A stretch of 64,000 nt of DNA from Eledone cirrhosa (taxonomy: Eukaryota). Made by a program: the position numbers and the translations under genes. A model generated the notes under the pieces. That model searched no databases. It was given only the letters and a program-made list of their open reading frames with translations, and was not told the DNA's origin. The stretch lies in contig OZ024741.1 of NCBI GenBank assembly GCA_964016885.1, positions 399,466,001-399,530,000 on the forward strand, in the 5' to 3' direction. This document shows positions 13,801 to 25,800 of this stretch, one piece after another (positions within the stretch are counted from its first letter, which is position 1; each line of letters opens with the position of its first letter).

Positions 13801-16800
13801 TACTGGATGTGTTGTACTCTGTGTGTTGTACCGTGTGTGTTATACAGATTGTGTGTTGTACTGGGTGTGTTGTACTGTCGGTGTTGTACTGTGTGAGTGT
13901 TGTACCGTGTGTGTTGTACTGTTGGTGTTGTACTGTGTGTTGTACTGTGTGTATGTTGTACTGTGTGTGTGTTGTACTCTGTGCGTTGTACTGTGTGTTT
14001 TGTACAGTGTGTGTGTTGTACTGGATGTATTGTACTTTGTGTGTTGTAATGTGTGTGTTGTACAGTGTGTGTGTTGTACTGGATGTGGTGTACTATGTGT
14101 GTTGTAAAGTGTATGTTGTACTGTGTGTGTGTTGTACAATGTGTTAGTTGTACATTGTGTGTTGTACTGTGTGTGTTTACTGTGTGTGTGTTGTACTGTG
14201 TGTGTTGTACTGTGTGTGTTGTACTGTGGGTGTTGTACTGTGTGTTTTGTACTGTGTGTGTTGTACTGTGTGTGTTATACTGTGTGTGTGTTGTACTGTG
14301 TGCTTGTTGTACTGTATGTGTTGTACTGTATGTGTGTTGTACTGTGTGTGTGTTGTACTGTGTGTGTTGTAATGTGTGTGTTGTACTGTGTGTGTTGTAA
14401 TGCGTGTGTGTTGTACTGTGTGTGTTGTACTGTTTGGTGTTGCACTGTGTGTGTTGTAGTCTCTGTTTGTTGCACTGTGTGCGTTGGACTGTGTGTGTTG
14501 TACTGTGTGTGTTGTATTGTGTGTGTTTTACAGTGTATGTGTACTGTGTGTGTTGTACTGTGTGTGTGTTGTATTGTGTGTGTTGTACTGTGTCTGTAGT
14601 ACTGTGTGTGTTGTACTGTGTGTGTGTTGTACTGTGTGTGTTGTACTGTGTGTGTTGTAATGTGTATGTTGTACTGTGTGTTGTACAGTGTGTTAGTTGT
14701 ACTGTGTGTTGTACTGTGTATGTTGTACTGTGTGTGTTGTACTGTGTGTGTTGTACTGTTTGTGTTGTACTGTGTGTTTTGTACTGTGTGTGTGTTGTAC
14801 TGGCTGTGTTTCATACTGTGTGTGTTGTACAGTGCGTGTTATACAGTGTGTGTGTTGTACTGGGTGTGTTGTATTGTGTGTGTTGAACTGTGTGTGTTGT
14901 ACAGATTGTGTGTTGTACTGGGTGTGTTGACTGTCTGTGTTGTATTGTGTGAGTGTTGTATCGTGTGCGTTGTACTGTTTCTGTTGTACTCTGTGTGTGT
15001 TGTACTGGATGTATTCTACTCTGTGTGTTGTAATGTGTATGTTGTACAATGTGTTAGTTGTACTGTGTGTGTTGTACTCTGTGTGTTGTACTGAGTGTGT
15101 TGTACTATGTGTGTTGTACTGTGTGTGTTGCACTGTGTGTTTTGTTCTGTGTGTGTTGTACTGTGTGTGTTGTACTGTGTGTGTGTTGTACTGTGTGTGT
15201 GTGTTCTGTGTGTGTTGTACTGTTTGTGTTGTACTGTGTGTATTGTACTGTGTGTTTTGTACTGTGTGTGTGTTGTACCGTCTGTGTTTCATACTGTGTG
15301 TTGTACAGTGCGTGTTGTACAGTGTGTGTGTTGTACTGGGTGTGTTGTACTCTGTGTGTTGTACTGTGTGTGTTCTACAGATTGTCGGTTGTACTGGGTG
15401 TGTTGTACTGTCTGTGTTGTACTGTGTCAGTGTTGTACTGTGTGTGTTGTACTGTTTGTGTTGTCCTCTGTGTGTTATACTGTGTGTGTGTTGTACTCTG
15501 TGTGTGTTGTACTGGATGTATTCTACTGTGTGTGTTGTAATATGTATGTTGTACAGTGTGTTAGTCGTACTGTGTGTGTTGTACTCTGTGTGTTGTAGTG
15601 TGGGTGTTGTACTGTATGTGTTGTAATGTGTGTGTTGTACTGTATGTGTTGTACTGTGTGTGTCGTAGTGTGTGTGTGTTGTACTGTGTGTGTTGTACTG
15701 TGTGTGTGTTGTACTGTGTGTGTGTTGAAATGTGTGTGTGTTGTACTGTGTGTTTGGTACTAATGAAATGTGTGTGTGTTGTACTGTGTGTGTTGTACTG
15801 TGTGTGTTGTACTGTGTGTTTGGTAATGCGTGTGTGTGTTGTACAGTGTGTGTGTTGTAATGTGTGTGTGTGTTGTACTGTGTGTATTGTACTGTGTGTG
15901 TTGTACTGTGTGTGTTGTATTGTGTGTGTGTTGTACTGTGTGTATGTTGTACTGTGTGTGTTGTAATGTGTGTGTGTGTTGTACTGTATGTCTGTTGTAT
16001 TCTGTGTGTTGTACTGTGTGTGTTGTACGGTGTGTGTTGTACGGTGTGTGTTGTACTGTGTGTGAGTTGCACTGTGTGTGTTGTACTGTGTGTGTGTTGT
16101 ACTGTGTGTGTTGTACTGTATCTGTGTTGTACGGTGTCTGTTGGACTGTGTGTGTGATGTACTCTGTGTTTTGTAATGTGTGTGTGTTCTATTGTGTGTG
16201 TTGTACTGTGTGTGTTGTAATGTGTGTGTTGTACTGTGTGTGTTGTAATGTGTGTGTTGTAATGCGTGTGTGTTGTACTGTGTGTGTTGTACTGTGTGTG
16301 TTGTACTGTGTGTGTGTTCTATTGTGTGTGTTGTACTGTGTGTGTGTTGTACTGTGTGTATGTTGTACTGTGTGTGTTGTAATGTGTATGTTGTGCTGTG
16401 TGTATGTTGTACAGTGTGTTAGTTGTACTGTGTGTGTTGTAATGTGTGTGTTGTACTGTGTGTGTGTTGTACTGTGTGTGTTGTACAGTGCCTGTTGTAC
16501 AGTGCCTGTTGTACAGTGCGTGTTGTATACTGTGTGTGTTGTACTGGGTGTGTTGTACTGTGTGTGTTGTACTGTGTGTGTTGTACTGTGTGTGTTGTAG
16601 AGATTGTGTGTTGTACATGGGTGTGTTGTACTATTTGTGTTGTCCTCTGTGTGTTGTACTGTGTGTGTGTTGTACTCTGTGTGTGTTGTACTGGATGTAT
16701 TCTACTGCGTGTGTTGTAATATGTATGTTGTAGAGTGTGTTAGTTGTACTGTGTGTTGTACTCTGTGTGTTGTACTGTTAGTGTGTTGTACTGTGTGTGT

Positions 16801-19800
16801 TGTACTGTGTGTGTTGTACTGTGTGTGTGTTCTATTGTGTGTGTTGTACTGTGTGTGTGTTGTACTGTGTGTATGTTGTACTGTGTGTGTTGTAATGTGT
16901 ATGTTGTGCTGTGTGTATGTTGTACAGTGTGTTAGTTGTACTGTGTGTGTTGTAATGTGTGTGTTGTACTGTGTGTGTGTTGTACTGTGTGTGTTGTACA
17001 GTGCCTGTTGTACAGTGCCTGTTGTACAGTGCGTGTTGTATACTGTGTGTGTTGTACTGGGTGTGTTGTACTGTGTGTGTTGTACTGTGTGTGTTGTACT
17101 GTGTGTGTTGTAGAGATTGTGTGTTGTACATGGGTGTGTTGTACTATTTGTGTTGTCCTCTGTGTGTTGTACTGTGTGTGTGTTGTACTCTGTGTGTGTT
17201 GTACTGGATGTATTCTACTGCGTGTGTTGTAATATGTATGTTGTAGAGTGTGTTAGTTGTACTGTGTGTTGTACTCTGTGTGTTGTACTGTTAGTGTGTT
17301 GTACTGTGTGTGTTGTACTGTGTGTGTTGCACTGTGTGTTTTGTACTGTTTGTGTTGTACTGTGTGTGTTGTACTGTGTGTGTGTTGTACTGGCTGCGTT
17401 TTATATTGTGTGTGTTGTATTGCGCGTGTTGTACAGTGTGTGTATTGTACTGGGTGTGTTGTACACTGTGTGTGGTACTGTGTGTGTTGTACAGATTGTG
17501 TGTTGTACTGGGTGTGTTGTACTGTGTGTGTTGTATTGTGTGTGTGTTGTACTGTGTGTGTTGTACTGTGTGTGTGTTGTAATGTGCGTGTTGTACTGTG
17601 TGTGTTGTACTGTGTGTGTGTTGTACTGTGTTTGTGTTGTACTGTGTGTGTTGTACTGTGTGTGAGTTGTACTGTGTGTGTTGTACTGTGTGTGTTGTAC
17701 TGTGTGTATGTTGTATTGTGTGTGTTGTACTGTGTGCGTTGTAATGTGTGTGTGTTGTACTGTGTGTGTGTTGTACTGTGTGTGTTGTATGTGTGTGTTG
17801 TACTGTGTGTTTTGTACTGTGTGTGTTGTACTGGATGTGTTGTACTATGTGTGTTGTAATGTGTATGTTGTACTGTGTGTGTGTTGTACTGGGTGTGTTG
17901 TACTGTGTGTGTTGTACTGTGTGTGTTATACAGATTGTGTGTTGTACTGGGTGTGTTGTACTGTCGGTGTTGTACTGTGTGAGTGTTGTACCGTGTGTGT
18001 TGTACTGTTGGTGTTGTACTGTGTGTTGTACTGTGTGTATGTTGTACTGTGTGTGTGTTGTACTCTGTGCGTTGTACTGTGTGTTTTGTACAGTGTGTGT
18101 GTTGTACTGGATGTATTGTACTTTGTGTGTTGTAATGTGTGTGTTGTACAGTGTGTGTGTTGTACTGGATGTGGTGTACTATGTGTGTTGTAAAGTGTAT
18201 GTTGTACTGTGTGTGTGTTGTACAATGTGTTAGTTGTACATTGTGTGTTGTACTGTGTGTGTTTACTGTGTGTGTGTTGTACTGTGTGTGGTGTACTGTG
18301 TGTGTTGTACTGTGGGTGTTGTACTGTGTGTTTTGTACTATGTGTGTTGTACTGTGTGTGTTATACTGTGTGTGTGTTGTACTGTGTGTTTGTTGTACTG
18401 TATGTGTTGTACTGTATGTGTGTTGTACTGTGTGTGTGTTGTACTGTGTGTGTTGTAATGTGTGTGTGTTGTACTGTGTGTGTGGTACTGTGTGTGTGTT
18501 GTACTGTGTTTGTGTTGAACTGTGTGTGTTGTACTGTGTGTGAGTTGTACTGTGTTTGTGTTGTACTGTGTGTGTTGTAATGTATGTGTTTTGTAATGTG
18601 TGTGTGTTGTACTATGTGTGTTGTACTGTGTGTGTTGTAATTTGTGTGTTGTACTGTGTGTGTTGTACTGTGTGTGTGTTCTACTGTGTGTGTGTGGTAC
18701 AGTGTGTGTGTTGTACTGTGTGTGTTGAACTGTGTGTGTTGTACGGTGTGTGTGTTGTACTGTGTGTGTGTTGTACTGTGTGTGTTGTACAGTGTTTGTT
18801 GTACTGTTTGTGTTCTACTGTGTGTGTGTTGTACTGTGTGTGTTGTAATGTGTGTGTGTTGTACTGTGTGTGTTGTACTGTGTGTGTGTGTGTTGCACTG
18901 TGTGTGTGTTGTACTGTGTGTGTTGTAATGTGTGTGTGTTGTACTGTGTGTGTTGTACTGTGTGTGTGTGTGTTGCACTGTGTGTGTGTTGTACTGTGTG
19001 TGTTGTACTGTGTGTGTTTTACTGTGTGTGTTTTACTGTGTGTGTTGTAATGTGTGTTGTACACTGTGTGTGTTGTACTGTGTGTGTTGTACTGTGTGTG
19101 TTGTACAGTGTGTTTTGTACTGTGTGTGTGTTGTACTGTGTGTTTTGTACTGTGTGTGTTGTACTGTGTGTGTGTTGTACTGTGTGTGTGTTTTACTGTG
19201 TGTGTTGTGCTGTGGTGTTGTACTTTTTGTGTTCTACTGTGTGTGTTGTACAGTATGTGTTGTACTGTGTTTGTTGTACTGTGTGTGTCGTACTGTGTGT
19301 ATTGTACTGTGTCTGTTTTACTGTGTGTGTTGTACTATGTGTGTGTTGTACTGTGTGTGTGTCGTACTGTGTGTGTTGTACTGTGTGTATTGTACTGTGT
19401 GTGTTGTACTGTGTGTGTTCTACTGTGTGTTTTGTACTGTGTGTGTTGTACTGTGTGTGTGTTGTATTGTGTGTGTTGTACTGTGTGTGTGTTGTACTGT
19501 GTGTGTGTTGTACTGTGTGTGTTGTACTGTGTGTGTTGTTCTGTGTGTGTTTTAATGTGTGTTGTACACTGTGTGTGTTGTACTGTGTGTGTTGTACTGT
19601 GTGTGTTGTACAGTGTGTGTTGTACTGTGTGTGTGTTGTACTCTGTGTGTTGTAATGTGTGTTGTACACTGTGTGTGTTGTACTGTGTGTGTTGTACTGT
19701 GTGTGTTGTACTGTGTGTGTTGTACTGTGTGTGTTGTACTGTGTGTGTTGTACTGTGTGTGTTGTACTGTGTGTGTGTTGTATTGTGTGTGTTGTACTGT

Positions 19801-22800
19801 GTGTGTTGTACTGTCTGTGCGTTGTACTGTGTGTGTTGTACTGTGTGTTGTACTGTGTGTGTTGTACTGTGTATGTGTTCTACTGTGTGTTGTACTGTGT
19901 GTGTTGTATGTGTGTTGTACTGTTTATGTGTTGTACTGTGTTGGTTGTACTGTGTTTGTTGTACTGTGTGTTGTACTGTGTGTGTGTTGTACTGTGTGTG
20001 TTCTACTGTGTGTGTTGTACTTTGTGTTGTACTGTGTGGGTTGTACTGTCTATGTGTTCTACTGTGTGTGTTGTACTCTGTGTGTTGTACTGTGTGTGTG
20101 TTGTAATGTGTGTGTTGTACTGTGTGTTGTACTGTGTGTGTGTTGTACTGTGTGTGTTGTACTGTGTGTTTGTTTTACTGTGTGTGTTGTACTGTGTGTG
20201 TTGTACTGTGTGTGTTGTACGGTGTGTGTGTTGTAATGTATGCTTTGTACTGTGTGTGTTGTACTGTTTGTATTGTACTGTGTGTGTTGTACTGTGTGTC
20301 TTGTTCTGTGTGTGTTGTACTGTGTCTGTTGTACTCTGTGTGTTGTACTGTGTGTGTGTTGTCTTGTGTGTGTTGTACTGTGTGTCTTGTCCTGTGTGTG
20401 TGTTGTACTGTGTGTGTTTTACTGTGTGTGTTGTACTGTGTGTGTTGTACTGTGTGTGTTGTAATGTGTGTTGTACACTGTGTGTGTTGTACTGGGTTTT
20501 TTGTACTGTGTGTGTTGTACAGTGTGTGTTGTACTGTGTGTGTGTTGTACTGTGTGTGTTGTAATGTGTCTTGTACACTGTGTGTGTTGTACTGTGTGTG
20601 CTGTACTGTGTGTGTTGTACTGTGTGTGTTGTACTGTGTGTGTTTTACTGTGTGTGTTGTACTGTGTGTGTTGTACTGTGTGTGTTGTACTGTGTGTGTG
20701 TTGTATTGTGTGTGTTGTACTGTGTGTGTGTTGTACTCTGTGTGTGTTGTACTGTGTGTGTTGTACTGTCTGTGCGTTGTACTGTGTGTGTTGTACTGTG
20801 TGTTGCACTGTGTGTGTTGTACTGTGTATGTGTTCTACTGTGTGCTGTACAGTGTGTGTTGTATGTGTGTGTGTTGTACTGTGTGTGTTGTACTGCGTGT
20901 GTGTTGTAATGTGTGTGTTGTACTGTGTGTGTTGTACTGTTTGTGTGTTGTACTGTGTTGGTTGTACTGTGTGTTTGTTGTACTGTGTGTTGTACTGTAT
21001 GTGTGTTATACTGTGTGTGTTTTACTGTGTGTGTTTTACTGTGTGTGTTGTAATGTGTGTTTTATACTGTGTGTGTTGTACTCTGTGTGTTGTACTGTGT
21101 GTGTTGTACAGTGTGTTTTGTACTGTGTGTGTGTTGTAATGTGTGTGTTGTACTGTGTGTGTTGTACTGTGTGTGTTTTCTTGTGTGTGTGTTGTATTGT
21201 GTGTGTTGTACTGTGTGTGTGTTGTACTGGATGTGTTGTACTGTGTGTGTTGTAATGTTTATGTTGTACTGTATGTGTGTTGTACTGTGTGTGTTGTACT
21301 ATGTGTGTTGTACTGTGTGTGTGTTGTACTGTGTGTGTGTTGTAATGTGTGTGTTGTTCTGTGGTGTTGTACTGTTTGTGTTCTACTGTGTGTGTTGTAC
21401 AGTGTGTGTTCTACTGTGTGTGTTGCACTGTGTTTGTTGTACAGTGTGTTTGTTGTACTGGATGTGTTGTACTGTGTGTGTTGTAATGTTTATGTTGTAC
21501 TGTATGTGTGTTTTACTGTGTGTGTTGTACTATGTGTGTTGTACTGTGTGTGTGTTGTACTGTGTGTGTGTTGTACTGTGTGTGTGTTGTACTGTGTGTG
21601 TGTTGTAATGTGTGTGATGTACTGTGTGTGTTGTACTGTGTGTGTGTTGTACTGTGTGTGTTGTAATGTGTCTTGTACACTGTGTGTGTTGTACTGTGTG
21701 TGCTGTACTGTGTGTGTTGTACTGTGTGTGTTGTACTGTGTGTGTTTTACTGTGTGTGTTGTACTGTGTGTGTTGTACTGTGTGTGTTGTACTGTGTGTG
21801 TGTTGTATTGTGTGTGTTGTACTGTGTGTGTGTTGTACTCTGTGTGTGTTGTACTGTGTGTGTTGTACTGTCTGTGCGTTGTACTGTGTGTGTTGTACTG
21901 TGTGTTGCACTGTGTGTGTTGTACTGTGTATGTGTTCTACTGTGTGCTGTACAGTGTGTGTTGTATGTGTGTGTGTTGTACTGTGTGTGTTGTACTGCGT
22001 GTGTGTTGTAATGTGTGTGTTGTACTGTGTGTGTTGTACTGTTTGTGTGTTGTACTGTGTTGGTTGTACTGTGTGTTTGTTGTACTGTGTGTTGTACTGT
22101 ATGTGTGTTATACTGTGTGTGTTTTACTGTGTGTGTTTTACTGTGTGTGTTGTAATGTGTGTTTTATACTGTGTGTGTTGTACTCTGTGTGTTGTACTGT
22201 GTGTGTTGTACAGTGTGTTTTGTACTGTGTGTGTGTTGTAATGTGTGTGTTGTACTGTGTGTGTTGTACTGTGTGTGTTTTCTTGTGTGTGTGTTGTATT
22301 GTGTGTGTTGTACTGTGTGTGTGTTGTACTGGATGTGTTGTACTGTGTGTGTTGTAATGTTTATATTGTACTGTATGTGTGTTGTACTGTGTGTGTTGTA
22401 CTATGTGTGTTGTACTGTGTGTGTGTTGTACTGTGTGTGTGTTGTAATGTGTGTGTTGTTCTGTGGTGTTGTACTGTTTGTGTTCTACTGTGTGTGTTGT
22501 ACAGTGTGTGTTCTACTGTGTGTGTTGCACTGTGTTTGTTGTACAGTGTGTTTGTTGTACTGGATGTGTTGTACTGTGTGTGTTGTAATGTTTATGTTGT
22601 ACTGTATGTGTGTTTTACTGTGTGTGTTGTACTATGTGTGTTGTACTGTGTGTGTGTTGTACTGTGTGTGTGTTGTACTGTGTGTGTGTTGTACTGTGTG
22701 TGTGTTGTAATGTGTGTGATGTACTGTGTGTGTTGTACTGTGTGTGTGTTGTACTGTGTGTGTTGTAATGTGTCTTGTACACTGTGTGTGTTGTACTGTG

Positions 22801-25800
22801 TGTGCTGTACTGTGTGTGTTGTACTGTGTGTGTTGTACTGTGTGTGTTTTACTGTGTGTGTTGTACTGTGTGTGTTGTACTGTGTGTGTTGTACTGTGTG
22901 TGTGTTGTATTGTGTGTGTTGTACTGTGTGTGTGTTGTACTCTGTGTGTGTTGTACTGTGTGTGTTGTACTGTCTGTGCGTTGTACTGTGTGTGTTGTAC
23001 TGTGTGTTGCACTGTGTGTGTTGTACTGTGTATGTGTTCTACTGTGTGCTGTACAGTGTGTGTTGTATGTGTGTGTGTTGTACTGTGTGTGTTGTACTGC
23101 GTGTGTGTTGTAATGTGTGTGTTGTACTGTGTGTGTTGTACTGTTTGTGTGTTGTACTGTGTTGGTTGTACTGTGTGTTTGTTGTACTGTGTGTTGTACT
23201 GTATGTGTGTTATACTGTGTGTGTTTTACTGTGTGTGTTTTACTGTGTGTGTTGTAATGTGTGTTTTATACTGTGTGTGTTGTACTCTGTGTGTTGTACT
23301 GTGTGTGTTGTACAGTGTGTTTTGTACTGTGTGTGTGTTGTAATGTGTGTGTTGTACTGTGTGTGTTGTACTGTGTGTGTTTTCTTGTGTGTGTGTTGTA
23401 TTGTGTGTGTTGTACTGTGTGTGTGTTGTACTGGATGTGTTGTACTGTGTGTGTTGTAATGTTTATATTGTACTGTATGTGTGTTGTACTGTGTGTGTTG
23501 TACTATGTGTGTTGTACTGTGTGTGTGTTGTACTGTGTGTGTGTTGTAATGTGTGTGTTGTTCTGTGGTGTTGTACTGTTTGTGTTCTACTGTGTGTGTT
23601 GTACAGTGTGTGTTCTACTGTGTGTGTTGCACTGTGTTTGTTGTACAGTGTGTTTGTTGTACTGGATGTGTTGTACTGTGTGTGTTGTAATGTTTATGTT
23701 GTACTGTATGTGTGTTTTACTGTGTGTGTTGTACTATGTGTGTTGTACTGTGTGTGTGTTGTACTGTGTGTGTGTTGTACTGTGTGTGTGTTGTACTGTG
23801 TGTGTGTTGTAATGTGTGTGATGTACTGTGTGTGTTGTACTGTGTGTTTTGTACAGTGTGTTGTAGTGTGTGTCTTGTAATGTGTGTGTGTTTTACTGTG
23901 TTTGTTGTACTGTGTGTCTTGTACTGTGTGTGTGTTCTACTGTATGTCTGTTGTACTCTGTGTGTTGTAATGTGTGTGTGTTGTACTGTGTGTCTTGTAC
24001 TGTGTGTCTTGTCCTGAGTGTGTGTTGTACTGTGTGAGTTGTACTGTGTCTGTTGTACTGTGAGTGTTGCACTGTGTGTGTTAACTGTGTGTGTGTACTT
24101 TGTGAATGTGTACTGTGTGTGTGTTGTACTGTGTGTGTTGTACTGTGTGTGTGTTGTACTGTGTGTGTGTTGTACAGTGTGTGTTGTCCTGTGTGTGTGT
24201 TGTATTGTTTGTGTTGTACTGTGTGTGTTGTACTGTGTGTGTTGTACTGTGTGTGTTTTACTGTGTGTGTTTTACTGTGTGTGTTGTAATGTGTGTTGTA
24301 CACTGTGTGTGTTGTACTGTGTGTGTTGTACTGTGTGTGTTGTACAGTGTGTTTTGTACTGTGTGTGTGTTGTACTGTGTGTTTTGTACTGTGTGTGTTG
24401 TACTGTGTGTGTGTTGTACTGTGTGTGTGTTTTACTGTGTGTGTTGTGCTGTGGTGTTGTACTTTTTGTGTTCTACTGTGTGTGTTGTACAGTATGTGTT
24501 GTACTGTGTTTGTTGTACTGTGTGTGTCGTACTGTGTGTATTGTACTGTGTCTGTTTTACTGTGTGTGTTGTACTATGTGTGTGTTGTACTGTGTGTGTT
24601 GTACTGTGTGTGTGTCGTACTGTGTGTGTTGTACTGTGTGTATTGTACTGTGTGTGTTGTACTGTGTGTGTTCTACTGTGTGTTTTGTACTGTGTGTGTT
24701 GTACTGTGTGTGTGTTGTATTCTGTGTGTTGTACTGTGTGTGTGTTGTACTGTGTGTGTGTTGTACTGTGTGTGTTGTACTGTGTGTGTTGTTCTGTGTG
24801 TGTTTTAATGTGTGTTGTACACTGTGTGTGTTGTACTGTGTGTGTTGTACTGTGTGTGTTGTACAGTGTGTGCTGTACTGTGTGTGTTGTACTGTGTGTG
24901 TTGTACTGTGTGTGTTTTACTGTGTGTGTTGTACTGTGTGTGTTGTACTGTGTGTGTTGTACTGTGTGTGTGTTGTACTCTGTGTGTGTTGTACTGTGTG
25001 TGTTGTACTGTCTGTGCGTTGTACTGTGTGTGTTGTACTGTGTGTTGTACTGTGTGTGTTGTACTGTGTATGTGTTCTACTGTGTGCTGTACAGTGTGTG
25101 TTGTATGTGTGTGTGTTGTACTGTGTGTGTTGTACTGCGTGTGTGTTGTAATGTGTGTGTTGTACTGTGTGTGTTGTACTGTTTGTGTGTTGTACTGTGT
25201 TGGTTGTACTGTGTGTTTGTTGTACTGTGTGTTGTACTGTATGTGTGTTATACTGTGTGTGTTTTACTGTGTGTGTTTTACTGTGTGTGTTGTAATGTGT
25301 GTTTTATACTGTGTGTGTTGTACTCTGTGTGTTGTACTGTGTGTGTTGTACAGTGTGTTTTGTACTGTGTGTGTGTTGTAATGTGTGTGTTGTACTGTGT
25401 GTGTTGTACTGTGTGTGTTTTCCTGTGTGTGTGTTGTATTGTGTGTGTTGTACTGTGTGTGTGTTGTACTGTGTGTGTGTTGTACTGTGTGTGTGTTGTA
25501 CCCTGTTGGTTGTACTGTGTGTGTTGTACTGTGTGTGTGTTGTACTGTGTGTGTTTCTTACTGTGTGTGTTGTACTGTGTTGTTGTACTGTATGTGTTCT
25601 ACTGTGTGTGTTGTACAGTGTGTGTTGTACTGTGTGTGTTGTACTGTGTGTGTTGTACTGTGTGTGTGTTGTACTGTGTGTGTGTCGTACCCTGTTGGTT
25701 GTAATGTGTGTGTTGTAATGTGTGTGTGTTGTACTGTGTGTATTGTACTGTGTGTGTTGTACTGTGTGTGTGTTGTACTGTGTGTGTGTTTTACTGTGTG

